Source: Octopus vulgaris (Eukaryota). From it: a stretch of 64,000 nucleotides of DNA. Shown in pieces: positions 40,686 through 55,268 of this stretch (position 1 is its first letter; the number at the start of each line of letters is the position of its first letter). The stretch spans positions 35,774,001 through 35,838,000 of the forward strand of contig OX597831.1 of NCBI GenBank assembly GCA_951406725.2, read 5' to 3'. Below the pieces are notes generated by a model. The model saw nothing but the letters and a program-made list of their open reading frames with translations. It did not search any database and was not told the origin of the DNA. Made by a program: the position numbers and the translations under genes.

Positions 40686-41369
40686 AATTTCCTGAACAAC
40701 CCATCACCTGATGGCCATTGGGCTTGACTGGAGATTTAACCTTGAGTAATGCGTTCAGAAGATTCCATTCTGTTGCAAAATATTCAAGCCAAGCATAAAC
40801 CAAGCGATTAACTTGGTCACTGAATGTAAAATGATATTCTGTGGCCAAGATAGTGATCATGTGATTCATAAATATTCATGATTTATGATACTTTTTGAAA
40901 ACCACTGACAAAACAAACAAACTAATAGCCTCTAAGAAATTATAATACATAAAATGTTTAATTAATAGTCAAATGTTTTGTTCTTATATACATAAATATT
41001 TTAGTAAACAAAACAACCTGACAGATTTCCATATGAAATATTCTACTCTGTTGTTTATGTCAAATATAACTAATAGCAAATCTTATCGACAAAGTTCATA
41101 TTTCTTTTTAACTGTAATTCATATATTGGTACAGAAATGGCTGTGTGGCTAAAGAATTTAAGAAATTCTATTTGCCACCTTGTGGTTGCATGTTTTATTC
41201 TGTAACGCGATAATTTCAGTGTCTCCTAATATGGCTGTTCTTCTTATTCCCAAATCTCACCTGTCTCCAAATAAGGTAATATTTTCTCATTGTCAGACAA
41301 GTTCTTGAGGAATATCGGAAATGAATGATACTAGTTGTATGTACGATGGTGATGCGCATTTATAATTAT

Positions 41370-42208
41370 AGATGCAGGAGTGGCTGTGTGGTAAGTAGCT
41401 TGCTAACCAACCACATGGTTCTGAGTTCAGTCCCTCTGTGTGGCACCTTGGACAAGTGTCATTTACTATAGCCTAGGGCCAACCGAAGCCTTCTGAGTGG
41501 ATTTGGTAGATGGAAACTGAAAGAAGCCCATCGTATATATATATATGTGTGTGTGTGTGTGTTTGTGTTTGTCCCCCACCATCGCTTGACAACAGATGTT
41601 GGTGTGTTTATGTCTGTGTAACTTAGCAGCTCAACAAAAGAGACCAACAGAGTAAGTACTAGGCTTACAAAGAATAAGTCCTGGGGAACGGTTTGTTCGA
41701 CTAAAGATGGTGCTCCAGCATGGCCACAGTCAAATGACTGAAGCAAATAAAAGAATACAAGAATATGTACATAGGTGCAGGAGTGGCTGTGTGGTAAGTA
41801 GCTTGCTAACCAACCACATGGTTCTGAGTTCAGTCCAACTGTATGGCACCTTAGGCAAGTGTCTTTTACTATAGCCTTGGGCAGACCTAAGCCTTGTGAG
41901 TGGATCTGGTAAACAGAAACTGAAAGAAGCCCATCGTATATATATATATGTGTGTGTGTGTGTGTGAGTCTGTCTATCTGTGTGTGTGTGCTTGTGTGTG
42001 TGTGTGTCTGTGTTTGTCCCCACTGCCATCACTTGACAACCGATGTTGGTGTGTTTACATCCCCATAACTTAGCAGTTAAGCAAAAGAGTCCTATAGAAT
42101 AAGTACTAAGCTTACAAAGAATAAGTCCTGGGGTTGATTTGTTCGAATAAAGGTGATGCTTCAGCATGGCTGCAGGCATTACTGAAACAAATAAAAGAAT
42201 AAAAGAGT
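41370..42208 (+). mobile_element. Two head-to-tail SINE family A copies
   Basis: Heads at ~41372 and ~41775; both have TAAAAGA tails. Confidence 0.9.
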
Positions 42209-43103
42209 TATGCCATTTCAACATGGGAAGGCACCAGCCATAATGTATACACTTACACACACACACACACAATATCCATATGTATAACGGCTTCTTTCAG
42301 TTTCTATCTACCAAATCCATTCACAAGAATTTGGTCAACCAGGGGCAATGGTAGAGGACAGTTGCCAAAAAGTGACATGCAGCAAGACTGAACCCAGAAC
42401 CCTGTTGTTGAGAAGCAAACTTCTTGCTACCAAGCCACACCTACACCTACCATACATACATACATACATACATACATACATACATACATACATTCATACG
42501 TACATACATACATACATACATACATACATACATACATACATACATACATGCATGCATACAAACACACGCCCACACACAGATACATGCATATATACATGTG
42601 TATGTGCTTGTGTGTCATTATGTGTGTGTGTATATGCTCGTGTGTATGTGCATGTGCATGGGTGTGTGCATGTGTATGTGTGTGGTTTAGTCAAAATGGC
42701 TTATAATAAGCTACAAGCGCTAGGTTGAAGTAGCTAACATTTAAATTGGCCATTCAGTACTCTAAAGATTTCTCTACAAGAAATATTCCTGCTGGAAAGA
42801 TAATATTAGATATTTTACATGACTAACAGTTCTGGAGACTTTCATGGCATTATGAGATCCATGAAGCATCTCCAAGAAAGTAAGAAAGCAAGTAAATAAG
42901 CAACTTTGCCTTCACCTAATAACCTATTGCGATTCTTTTGAATTTTAATTGATGCTAAAGATCATGAAAGTAGCATTTATGGCTGACCTTTAGGTTTGTA
43001 TATTTAATTTTGTTCCTCTTAAACAGGATTCCACAATCATACGCTTACGCATACATACTCACCTTTGCATGGCATACATAAACTCACGCACAGAAGCATA
43101 TAA

Positions 43104-43141
<38 letters not shown>

Positions 43142-43172
43142 GCACACACATACTCACACATATATATATATA

Positions 43173-43262
<90 letters not shown>

Positions 43263-43511
43263 CTTATATACGTATACATATATACATACACCCCCCACAC
43301 ATACAATTAATGTAAACAGCAGTTTGCAATGTTTCACCAAAAAAAAAATTACAAATGTCACTAAATGTGACTAGGGTGCTAGGAAATACCTACATTGCTA
43401 GAAATAAGAGCTAAACTGCTCTAATGCAGCAATTAATGCACATGAATGAACACATATACACTAAAAGGTTAACAGGGACCATAATTGTCCGCAAAGTACT
43501 GATCAAGAATT

Positions 43512-43562
43512 CTTAAAACTGATACATCAGTTTCAGCAATTTCCATTGCTTCATCAGTGAAG
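43512..43562 (-). ncRNA. Type I hammerhead motif, canonical core, full helix III
   Basis: Minus: CTTCA|CTGATGA|AGCAAT-ggaa-ATTGCT|GAA|ACTGA-tgta-TCAGT|T|TTAAG (one stem I mismatch). Confidence 0.72.
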
Positions 43563-43600
43563 GCAACACAATTGTTCAGCTCTTATATATATATATATAG

Positions 43601-44035
43601 TTGTGGCCGGTGCCAGTGCCACCTGACTTACACCCATGGTGGTGACACGTAATAAGCATCATTCAAACATGGGTTGATGCCAGTTCCACCTGACTGGCTT
43701 TCCATGCTGGTGGCATGTAAAATGCACCATCCGAATGTGATCGAAGCCAGTTCCCCCCCACCCCCAAGCACTAGCTCTTGTGCCAGTGGCACGTAAAAAG
43801 CACCATCCAAACATAGTCGATGCCTGTGTCACCTCACTGGCTTCCGTGCCGGTAGCACGTAAAAAGCACCCACTACACTCTCAGAGTGGTTGGCGTTAGG
43901 AAGAGCATCCAGCTGTAGAAACCTTGCCAAATCAGATTGGATCCTAGTGCAGCCTACTGGCTTGCCAGTCCCCATTCAAACCGTCCAAACTATGCTAGTA
44001 TGGAAAACGGACGTTAAACGATGATGATGATGATG
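43601..44035 (+). mobile_element. Element D
   Basis: Tandem units and (GAT)n tail. Confidence 0.82.
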
Positions 44036-44267
44036 AGGAGGAGGAGGAGGAGGAGGAGGAGGATGATGATGATAATGATGATGATACACAATTGAACTTT
44101 TATTTAAAGCTGCAAAATTATCATAAAATCTTACTCAGAGTTTCACATTCCCGTTCATTAGATGGTTGTGATGAAAACTGAATATTACTCTACCTCCAGT
44201 ATTCAAGAATAATTTTCCCCTTAGTTTTGCCGATATGTGCTCACCAGCAATATATATATATATATAT

Positions 44268-44396
44268 GTTTCCGACAAAGAGCTCTGCTCGAAACGTTAA
44301 ACCCTCCTTCTTTCCTTCTTTCCTGAGCGTCCAATAATACTATATTTGTTCCACGTCCTCGCGTTGTTGTGTTTTTATGTGCTTTCTTGTTTGGAT

Positions 44397-44400
<4 letters not shown>
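44268..44400 (+). mobile_element. Element F copy in (TA)n, beginning at a variant hammerhead
   Basis: GTTT|CCGACAA|a|GAGC-tct-GCTC|GAA|ACGT|T|AAAC. Confidence 0.65.
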
Positions 44401-44433
<33 letters not shown>

Positions 44434-44435
<2 letters not shown>

Positions 44436-44732
44436 GAGGCACAATGACTCAGTGGTTAGGACAGTGGACTTGCAGTCGGAGGATCGTGATTTCGATTCCC
44501 AGACCGGGCGTTGTGTGCTTATTGAGCGAAAACACCTAAAAGATTCACGAGGCTCAGATAGGGGTAGGTGGCGACCCCTGTTGTACTCTTTCACTACAAC
44601 TTTCTCTCACTCTCTCTTCCTGCTTCTTGAGTAATGCTGTGATGGACTGGCGTCCTGTTCAGCTGGGGGGAACACATACGCCATAGAAACCGAGAAACCG
44701 GGCCCATGAGCCTGGCTAGGCTTGAAAAGGCG
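44434..44732 (+). mobile_element. SINE family B, tail type 2
   Basis: Head and tail as at 4933. Confidence 0.88.
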
Positions 44733-44769
44733 ATGTTACTTATATATATATATACATACTTCTATCTTG

Positions 44770-45590
44770 TTGAGCAGTACATCCTTGTTTATGGTATATA
44801 ACTGGTTAGCAAGTTTACCATTGGTTCCATGTCTACTATTACACCTGGCAATAAGCTCGACTCATTAGACTTACTAGCTGGAAGCATAGAGCTGCCTTAC
44901 TGAGGTTAATTAATATACAGCCTTGACCAGTTTGGTGATGAAAAACCCTTTTTTGAGGGGCAGGGAAAAGTTGCTTCCCCTTGTATGATTCCAGCTGTCA
45001 CTGAAGTAGGAGAGCTGTGCCTGCATATGTTATCCCCTTTATCTAGTCTGCAAACAGAGAAGACTACGTTTCCAAAACGAATTTTTTATCATAAGGGCAA
45101 TGGCTAAAAGTTTCACATTTTGACTTCAAACAGGAACCTGGATTGTGCAAAATTTTTTTGATCATTGTCGTTTTAGCTAAGTTTTCATCATCTGCTCCCA
45201 TTAAGATATTGTCCTGAGTGTTCTAGTAGCTTCCAGTAAATCTTCTATGTTGTTCTCTCCTTTTTTAATCACTATATATGACTGGTTAATGATGTAACGT
45301 TATGCTTCTTGAGGATCCTAAAATAGAACCTGGCTTTAAATGGGCCATCCATTGCTCCAATATATTTGTGTGTGCATGTCTTTCATTGCTGCTGTTGCTG
45401 CCACTATAGCTGGACACTCTCTTCCTTGTAGACCATGGTCTCAGTGTTGCATTGACCATTTACTAAGCACTCACTACAAATCCTACAAGAGCATTCTGCC
45501 TCTGTGTGGGGTTTGGGGTTGTTCATGAATGTCTTTTCTTATATTAGGTGCACAATTGAACGAGGCCTTTAAGATATGTCTTGTGGACAA
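44770..45590 (-). mobile_element. PLE remnant (GIY-YIG plus terminal region)
   Basis: KASFNCAPNI..CSCRIC..CLVNGQCNTETMVYK..KYIGAMDGPFKARFY. Confidence 0.75.
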
Positions 45591-45829
45591 TCTCTTATAT
45601 GTCGATGTAATTAGAAGAGCTCTTATATGTCGATGTAATTAGAAGAATAGGAGAAAGGCAATTCCAAATAACATTAATTTTGATTCAGAGCATAACAACT
45701 ACTCTAACCCATGCTCATGTGGAAAAATGGGTGTAAAATGACGATGGTAACAAGACTGAGGATATATAAGTAGATATAAAAAAAGTGTAGATAGTAATGA
45801 TTGCTGTTGTTGTTGATGATGACGAAGAC

Positions 45830-45867
<38 letters not shown>

Positions 45868-46224
45868 GGATGATGATGATGATGATGACGACGATTACAA
45901 CATCAATGTTGGTGATCATCAACATTTAACGTCCGTTTTCTATGCTGACATGGGTTAGATGGTTCGACAAGAAATGGCAAAGACAGAAGCTGCTCCAGGT
46001 TCCATAGCCTGTTTTAACATGGTTTCTATGGCTGGATCCCCTTCCAAGTGCCAACCACTTCACAAAGCGTACTGGGTGCATTTTACACGCCACCAACACC
46101 TGTATTTTTTACCTGAGACCAGCACCAACACCAATGCTTTTTTTCATGTGGAACCTTGGTTTTAGGATCTCAATTCTGTTTTGGAGGATGGGTCTTCTTG
46201 TGTACAGCAATGCACCACATATTT

Positions 46225-46634
46225 CGATGATTATGATGATGATGATGAAAATAATGATGAAAATGGCAATGAGGACAACAAGGATAAGAATGAGGTTGAT
46301 TGAGGATAAGGATGTTGATGGCAAACACAATGGCTATGACAACAGTCATGATGATTATGATGATGACGACGACAATGACTACGATGATGATGATGATGGT
46401 GATGATGATGATGAGGATGACACTGATGACAAGAGCAACGATGAAGAGGAAGATGATGATGATGATGATGATAAGGAGGAGGAGGGGGAGGGGATAAAGA
46501 TGAGGAGAAGGGGATGATGATGATGATGATGGCGACAATGAATACGATGAAGATGATGATGAGGAGGGGTATGGTGATGACACAGCGAAGACAACGACAA
46601 TGATGACGATAATGATGATGATGAAGATGATGAC

Positions 46635-46701
<67 letters not shown>

Positions 46702-46780
46702 ATGATGATGAGGATGAGGAGGATGGTGATGACACAGCGAAGACAACGACAATGATGACGATAATAATGATGAAGATGAA

Positions 46781-46817
<37 letters not shown>

Positions 46818-46830
46818 ATGATGATGAGCA
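46225..46830. repeat. Degenerate (GAT/GAC/GAG)n tract
   Basis: Direct inspection. Confidence 0.92.
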
Positions 46831-47331
46831 TTTAAAGTAACTTTTGCAGAAAAATAAAACACGAACAAAAAATATATATAACTGCCGAAAAAAAGAAGCA
46901 GAAAAAAAATTCTAGTTTTATTTTCCTTCTGTACTGCTGCAAGCACATGAAAAAGCCATATATTCTATGTGATAGCCATTAATATTAGTTACTTAATCCA
47001 AATCTAATTACCAGAAGATGTTTAAGTCAAGTCCACTGAAATTCACTGTAACTTGACTATACAACAACTAACACATAAATTGCAATAGAAAAAACACACA
47101 CAAAAAACATTGAAAAAATTCACAAATAAATATTTCTCACTTTTTTTCATTTTCATTTTCTTCCGTCGTCTTAAAACCTGTTAATTCTATACGTGTTGTC
47201 TGATAGAATTTGATTAATTTTAAAACTCATTAGTATTTAGTATCAGAATACAAGAACGCCATCATATATGCCGCTTCTTTTAATTTGAGTTTGATAATTT
47301 ACATCTTTATATATATATATATGTATGTATG

Positions 47332-47420
<89 letters not shown>

Positions 47421-47531
47421 GCACATGTGAGTGTGTATTGTATATATACATACATATATATACATATATATATATGATATACATACATACATACAAACAT
47501 ATATACACATATATTTATATATGTATGTATG

Positions 47532-47927
47532 TATCAGGTTGAGTAAAAAGTAAGCAACGTTTTGAACTATGAAGAATTTGTACCGGATTTTGGCAGATTT
47601 TTGAGTTTTTTGAAACCTCTTTTTGCAATTGTCTGATAATACAGACATAGACTTGCCCAAATGCATCAATAAATTAACATTGATATTTTTTTCACCATTG
47701 TTACAATCATCTGAAATGGAACTGACAAAGAGCGATATTTGAGCAATTTTGCTATTCTACTTCAAAGGACGTAAAGCAGAGGAAACCGCTCATGATATCA
47801 ACAAAACATTTGGTGAGGAAATGACCAGCGAGTGGTCAGCTTGAAAAGGGTATAAACGATGCTGCAGTGGAAACCTGAGCCTTGAAGATTGTGAGTGTAG
47901 TGGATGCTCATCTGTCATCGATGATCC
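47532..47927 (+). mobile_element. mariner 5' end (TIR + N-terminal HTH)
   Basis: TA-TCAGGTTGAGT TIR; ATG at 47716: [47 protein letters not shown]. Confidence 0.88.
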
Positions 47928-48105
47928 TTCATGCAAGGCTGAAAGGGATTTTGATTTGATATGTCTCTGGTAACAGAACGGTTATTATGTTGGAAGAAAA
48001 ACATCTTATTTTGTACAATATTATATAATAATTTTGCTATGATGATTCTAATTTATTCTTTAGTCTAATAAAACAGATCTGTGTCTTTACATCTTATTTC
48101 TTTCC

Positions 48106-48161
<56 letters not shown>

Positions 48162-48319
48162 CTGTGTTGAGCAAACTACTGTTGAATGTTGTTATACACT
48201 GCTTGTCAAAACGCACTTCCTTGCACTGTTGTAGATTTCATAAAATGCCACTCTGCTGGCAAGGCATGAATTTCAACAATTTCCCTTGAATGGAACATGA
48301 GTTCCTTGCAGAATTGTTG

Positions 48320-48525
48320 TCAATCGATGGTGGGAGACAAACTGACACATACTCATATAAGACGAGCTTCTTTCTGTTTCCATCTAGAAAATCCACTCAC
48401 AAGGATTTGATTGGCCTGAGGCTTTAGTAGAAGACACTTGCCCAAGGTATCACACAGCTGGAGTGAACCCAGAACCATGTGGTCAGGAAGCAAGCTTCTT
48501 ACAACACAGCCACTCCTGCACCTAT
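48320..48525 (-). mobile_element. SINE family A head fragment
   Basis: Reverse head motifs. Confidence 0.8.
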
Positions 48526-48554
48526 ATATATGTATATATATTTATATATAGATC

Positions 48555-49632
48555 GGAACTTTCAAGGAAGTAATTCCTCCACTCCTCTCCTTCCTCGGAA
48601 CATTCCAGGAAGTAATTTTTCCTCCTCCTCCTCCCGTTCCCCCTTCCACGGAACTTTCCAGGGAGTAAATTTTCATCCTCCTCCCCTTCTTTGGAATTCT
48701 CCAGGAAGTATTTCTTCCCCATTCTCCCCTCCATCGAAACTTTCCAGGAAGTAATTCTTCCACCCCCTTCCCTTCTTCCCTTCATCACAACATTCTAGGA
48801 ACTAATTCTTCCCCCCTCCCCTTCCTCAGAACATTCCAGGTAATAATTCTTCCCCCATCTCCCCTACTTCCCCGCCCATGGAAATTCCAGTAAGTAAATC
48901 TTATCACTCCTCCCTTCTATGGAACTTTCCAGGAAATAATTCTTCCCCCTCCTCCACTTCCTTGGAACATTCCAGAAGTAAATCTTACCCTCCTACTCTT
49001 CCTCGGAAAATTCCATGATGTATTTCTTCCTCCTCCCACCTTCTTCGGAACTTTCCAGGAAGGGGAGAAGATGGAGAAATTACTTTCTGGAAAGTTGCGA
49101 GGAAGGAGAGAAGGGGGATGAATTATTTCCTGGAAACTTCCGAAGGAGTAGAATAATTACTTCCCAGAAAGTTCCGAGGAAGGGGAGATGGGGGATGAAT
49201 GACTTCCTGGAAAGTTCTGAGGAAGGGGAGAAGGGGGAAAAATTACTTCCTTGAAAGTTTGGAGCATGGGGAGGAAGTGGAGGAGAGGATTAATTTTTCC
49301 CTTGAAAGTTCCGAGGAAGGAGGAGGGGGATAATTACTTCCAGGAATGATCCGAGGAAGCGGAGGAGGGCAAATAATTACTTCCTGGAAAGTTCTGAGGA
49401 AGAGTAGGAAGAGGAGGAGGGGTATGAATTAATTCTGGGAAAGTACCGAGGAAGGGTAGGAAGGGGAATAATTACTTCCTTGAAAATTCCGGGCAAGGGG
49501 AGGAGGGGGATGAAATATTTCTTGGAAGTTCCAAGGAACGGGAGGAGAGACAATAATTACTTCCTGGAAAGTTCCGAGACAGGGGAGAAGGGGAATAATT
49601 ACTTCCTAAAAAATTCCGAGGAAGGGGAGGAA
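48555..49632. repeat. Foldback satellite: two inverted arrays of ~35-45 bp units
   Basis: Left arm CCTCGGAACTTTCCAGGAAGTAATT + pyrimidine run; from ~49060 the reverse complement AATTACTTCCTGGAAAGTTCCGAGG + purine run. Confidence 0.9.
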
Positions 49633-50604
49633 CGGTATTAATTATTACAAATAAGATGATATATTTTCAAATGCAGATTCTATGTATGTGTCTATAAGCC
49701 TGTGTTTGCCACCCAACCCCCACTATCCTCCTATCATTGGTTGATGACTGGTGTTGATGTGTTTTCATTCCCATAATTTAGTGGTTCGTAAAAGAGACTG
49801 ATAAAATATGTGACAGGCTAAGAAACCTGAAATAAGTAATAAGGTTGGCTCGTTTGACTGAGATTCTTCGAAGCAATGCTCCAGCATGGCTACAACCTAA
49901 TAACTAAAGCAAACAAAGGCTAAAAGTTTGTGTTGTGATGCAATATGGACTACCATTCCTAAGTGGAATGCTTTAAAAATGCAAAAACATATATATATAT
50001 ATATATATTACACACACACACAGATATATATGTATATATATATATATATATCCTTCTCTCTCTTTCGGAGAGGCACTGAGCAGCTATACGCACACATACA
50101 CACACGGCAGCAACTTCCACCTACCGAATTCAATCACAAAGCTCCGGTCGGCTTGGGGCTATAGTGGAAGACACCCACCCAAAGTGCCACGAAGTGGGAC
50201 TGGACCCGAAACCATGTAGCTAGGAAGCAAGCTCCCTAACCACACAGCCATGCTAGCAAGGAAAACAGATGTTAATGATACACATATACCCATATATACA
50301 CACTCACACACACAAATGGTTTTCTCAGTGTGATATCCTCTTCCTTTATATAACATTGGAGTGGTCCATCTACTGGTAGCTGAGTAGTTACAACAACATG
50401 CAATTCCTGTATGATAGGAGAGGAGTTAAATGCTATCAAGTTATCAAATAAAGCAGCTGTAAGTACTAATTTCATAGTTTAACTTTTTCATAGACACTTT
50501 AGAGTTATCTGTGAAGCAGTTGTCTGCTGTACAGCAAATACATGGCTTCCATAGGCAGTTCTGTTTACTTGTCTGTAAGATTGCCTTTGCGCATACATAA
50601 TTTA

Positions 50605-50757
50605 AATTATTTTGATAAATTAAATTTATATGTTGAAGTGAATCTAACGGATTTGTGTGTTTCTTAAATGGCTTATAAACACCTTCCACGCTGCAATTAT
50701 TTTCATTCTAGCACACGATCTCAGATCAAGTCACTTGCTATGCAAGTACATCTCCAT
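50605..50757 (+). mobile_element. Second copy of the element carrying the G3-C8 hammerhead (core lost)
   Basis: Matches 19392-19485 in reverse and 19527-19577 directly. Confidence 0.75.
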
Positions 50758-50758
50758 A

Positions 50759-51078
<320 letters not shown>

Positions 51079-51187
51079 CAATTGTATAATTGTACTAATG
51101 ACTGTTTACAATGCCCAGTACTGTGGTAGATGTCTCAAAAAATCATCTTGTGTTGATGACAGATCTCTTCTTGTGCTGTAATGGTAT

Positions 51188-51560
51188 TCACCCAGGAGCA
51201 GTTAAGCCAGCTCCTACTGCATTCAATGCATTATGAGTCAAAGCGGTCCATGCACACCTATCGGTGGCCAATTCTGCAATGTGTTGAAGCCTTTTCTGGT
51301 TCTAGTGATGGACACCAAAGACTTGAGAGCCAGAAACAGGCTACATATTTGCTTTGACTGTCATGAGCCACATCTTCAGCTGATCACTTCTTCACTTGCA
51401 CCAACCCAGGGAAAGGATCTGGTGCTATCACCCTTCAGATGAGTTCATCATGGGGGTACTACAACAGGTAACCAAACCACCATAGTCTCTTTCATAGAAG
51501 AGTTCCCTCAACAGGTGAGAGACTGCAGCAATGACAAATGCTAAAAGCACCGATACCATT
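51188..51560 (-). mobile_element. RTE-clade LINE C-terminal remnant
   Basis: KRLWWFGYLL*YPHDELI*RVIAPDPFPG/WCK*RSDQLKMWLMTVK..ELATDRCAWTAL..PG*. Confidence 0.8.
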
Positions 51561-52919
51561 GGATGATATTTCATCAGCAGTGGCAGACGGCATTGTTGTG
51601 TCATGTGATTTCTCCATATTTTGGATCCTCAGTAAGATAATCATAGCTAATTGTAGTGTTACTTGCAGACTTACTTTTGAGAAGTAGATGTTATCCATCA
51701 CCAGATCAACAGAGCCACCTGGATCTTGGTTTGTCTTTTGTAGAGTTCACACAGTTGTAGGCATTTGAGGGCCAGGTCTCTGGTTCCAGCATAACTATCT
51801 CCCTTTACTACCATTAATCTCATGAACCGTGTAAAAATATAGGGGTGTAGAGGCTGGCCTTTTCATCTTGAAAGAATAAAATAAAATGAGAAATAACTCA
51901 GAAATTCTAATTGATAAAAAAAGAATGTGAAAGGTGAGATATGCATTGAAGAGGAAGTTTTGTCTTTGAGACATAAGATGACAACTTCAGATATATTTCA
52001 GTCTTATAAAGCTTCTTCAACAAAATATAGTTTGACACATTCTTAGCAGCCATTAAGATAACTGAGAGAATGTACTTTAAAGCAAAATTTAGATACTGAT
52101 TAGGTAAATTAAAACAATGAATTTATCGCATAATTAGCTATTTTATTCTGAGGATAGCAGGAACAATCATTGGTTGACAGCTATGTGTTCAAAAGTCATT
52201 ATATAAATAACAAAAAGGAATTGGATAACAGCTGCAACTGAAGCAATGCCAAAGACATTATTTTGCCTGACATCTTACTAGAAGTTTATTATGCTTTATT
52301 TATTCATTTTTTGATAATTTCTATTTGTTGTTGTTGTGGGGGACTTATGCTCTCCAGAGATAGGTGAACTAGGTAGATTTAGGACCCTTACTCAAATACA
52401 TAATGTAACTCTTCTTAAAGATTGAAATCAGTTTCCATCAAAGATATGTATCACTCAAGTCTTCCAGGTACCTATCTATCTCACTTATGTATACTGGCTC
52501 TGTACATACCCATATACATGCACACACACACATAGACACACATGCACACACACGAACACACACTCACATAAATACACACACATAAACAGACACACACACA
52601 TAAACACACACACGCACATAAAAGCACACACATAAACACACAAACATGCACGCACACACACATAAACAGACACACGCATAAACACACACACTTACATAAA
52701 CACACACACTTGCATAAACACACACACACATAAACACACACACACATATACACACACACATAGCCAGACACTCACATAAACCCCCCCCCCAACCACACAT
52801 GCAATCTCCTTTAAGATTACTCTTAGTTAATTCCTTCTGTCATCCTTTTCTGACAGTTTCCTTTTGGAAATTGTAGATTATCAGAAACACCAGGAAAAGT
52901 GAATTTATTACTGTTATGA

Positions 52920-53738
52920 TTATTTTTGTTGTTGCTTGTGTTGTTGTGGTTGCTGTTGCTGTTGTTGTTGTAATATTTTTGTCATTGTTGTTGATATTGT
53001 AGCTGTAATTACAATTACTAATATCATTGTTGTTGTTGCTGTTGTTGTTGCTGTTATAGTTGTTGCTGTTGTTGTTGTTGTCGTCGTCACCATCATTATT
53101 GTTATTATCATCATCTTTATCATTACTGCAACAGTTATTGAAGCTGTTGTTATTGTTGTCATTACTATCATTGTTATTACTACCATAATCATCTCCATCC
53201 TCCTCATCATCATCATCGTCATCATTATCAGAACTACTATCATCGTCATCATTTTCATCATCATCATCAACGTCAACATCATCAACATCACTACCACCAC
53301 CATCACCATCATCACCATCATCATTATCATGATGATGATCATCACTACTATTATGATCATCACCACCATCATCATCTCCATTGTCATTATCATCATCATC
53401 ATCATCATCATCACCACCACCATCACCACCACCAGACTCACCAACACCACCACCATCACCACCACCAGACTCACCAACACCACCACCATCACCAACACCA
53501 CTACCATCATCAGCATCATCATTATCACCATCATCATTACCATTACCATTATTACTATCATCATCATCATCATTATCACCACCACCACCACCACCACCAC
53601 TACCATGATCAGCATCACCACCATCACCATCATCATCACCATTACCATTATTACTACCTCATCATCATCACCACCACCACTACCATCATCAGCATCACTA
53701 CCATCAGCATCATCATCACCATTACCATTATTACTATG

Positions 53739-53772
<34 letters not shown>

Positions 53773-53812
53773 TATTATAATTATTATTATTATTATTGTT
53801 ATCATTATTATT
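52920..53812. repeat. Long degenerate triplet tract (GTT to CAT/CAC to TAT)
   Basis: Direct inspection; source of the 242/292 aa pseudo-ORFs. Confidence 0.92.
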
Positions 53813-54222
53813 GACACCATAGTTGTTATTTGATATGCTCTTAATTTTCGTTTTTAAAACTTTTTTGTTTTTGTCAGCATTGTTGTCGTCTTCATCGCAT
53901 TGTTTTCTTTCTTTCGTTCTTGCTCAACATTTTCAATTTGTAACACTACACCAAAAGTGTGCGAGATGATGTTTATGAAACCTGTAATCTTTTTAATGCA
54001 TTTTGCAAGAATCAGGTATACATTTATAAAGTGTCTTTCCTAGGGATGTGAACAGAGGGAAAAATAAATGGAGCAGCTTTTCTCTTATTCACATTCTCCA
54101 AAGCTCATATTTTCTCCTCTTGATTTTCCTTTTATTAATATCGTTATTATTATTATTGTTATCATTGTTGTTGTTGATGTTGTTGTTTTTAATTTTGTTA
54201 CATCCTTTCAAATTATTTATAT

Positions 54223-54473
54223 ACGGTGGCACGTAAAAAGCACCATCCGTTCATGGCCGTTTGCCAGACTCGTCTGGCACCTGTGCCGGTGGCACGTAAA
54301 AAGCACCCACTACACTCATGGAGTGGTTGGCGTTAGGAAGGGCATCCAGCCGTAGAAACATTGCCAGATCAAACTGGGCCTGGTGCAGCCTTCTGGCTTC
54401 CCAGACCCCAGTTGAACCATCCAACCCATGCTAGCATGGAAAGAGGATGCTAAACGATGATGATGATGATGAT
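54223..54473 (+). mobile_element. Element D
   Basis: Conserved body and (GAT)n tail. Confidence 0.85.
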
Positions 54474-54600
54474 GTATGTATATGCATATATATGTATACA
54501 CACACACACATATGCCTACATATATATATGCATATATATGTATATATACATATATATGCATATATATATGTATGCATATATGTATGTATATGTATATATG

Positions 54601-54635
<35 letters not shown>

Positions 54636-54644
54636 TCTTGTATA

Positions 54645-54687
<43 letters not shown>

Positions 54688-54729
54688 AAGTGTGAGATCA
54701 TTCTTGGCACAGTAAAGTATATTTGAATA

Positions 54730-54785
<56 letters not shown>

Positions 54786-54975
54786 CAGTTATATACTGTC
54801 AACTTAACATGACAGTCCCATAGAGGGAATTACACCACCACTATTAGCCCTAGGAAGCTTCAACGCTTCCTGTCGGCCTTGACACATTTCCTGTGTCCTT
54901 ATGTTTACAAAGGGGAGACAAGTACCCCCAACAGCTAGGCCTGCATCCAGACTGATGACAAGCAAAAGTCAGAAA

Positions 54976-55268
54976 CATGTAAAAGACACCATTCGTTGCC
55001 AGCATTGCCTTACTGGCACCTGTGCCGGTGGTATGTGTAAAAGATTCGAGCGAGGTCGTTGCCAGTACTGCCTGACTGGCCCTGTGCCGATGGCACGTAA
55101 AAGCACCCACTATACTCTCGGAGTGGTTGGCGTTAGGAAGGGCATCCAGCTGTAGAAACTATGCCAGATCAAGATTGAAACCTGGTGCAGCCATCTGGTT
55201 CACCAGCCCTCAGTCAAATCGTCCAACCCATGCTAGCATGGAAAGCGGACGTTAAACGATGATGATGA
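54976..55268 (+). mobile_element. Element D
   Basis: Conserved body and (GAT)n tail. Confidence 0.85.

Noticed and set aside
43450-43582. Exon-like frame ELNNCVAFTDEAMEIAETDVSVLRILDQYF on the minus strand
   Set aside because: No polypyrimidine acceptor, in-frame stop, and the sequence is better explained by the hammerhead fold.
46134-46946. Poly-Asp/His/Ile ORFs (also 39374-39947 and 52920-53814)
   Set aside because: Degenerate triplet microsatellites open in several frames on both strands.
54945-54990. CTGATGA..GAAACATGTA
   Set aside because: No stem II or stem I; the 3' part is the start of an element D copy.
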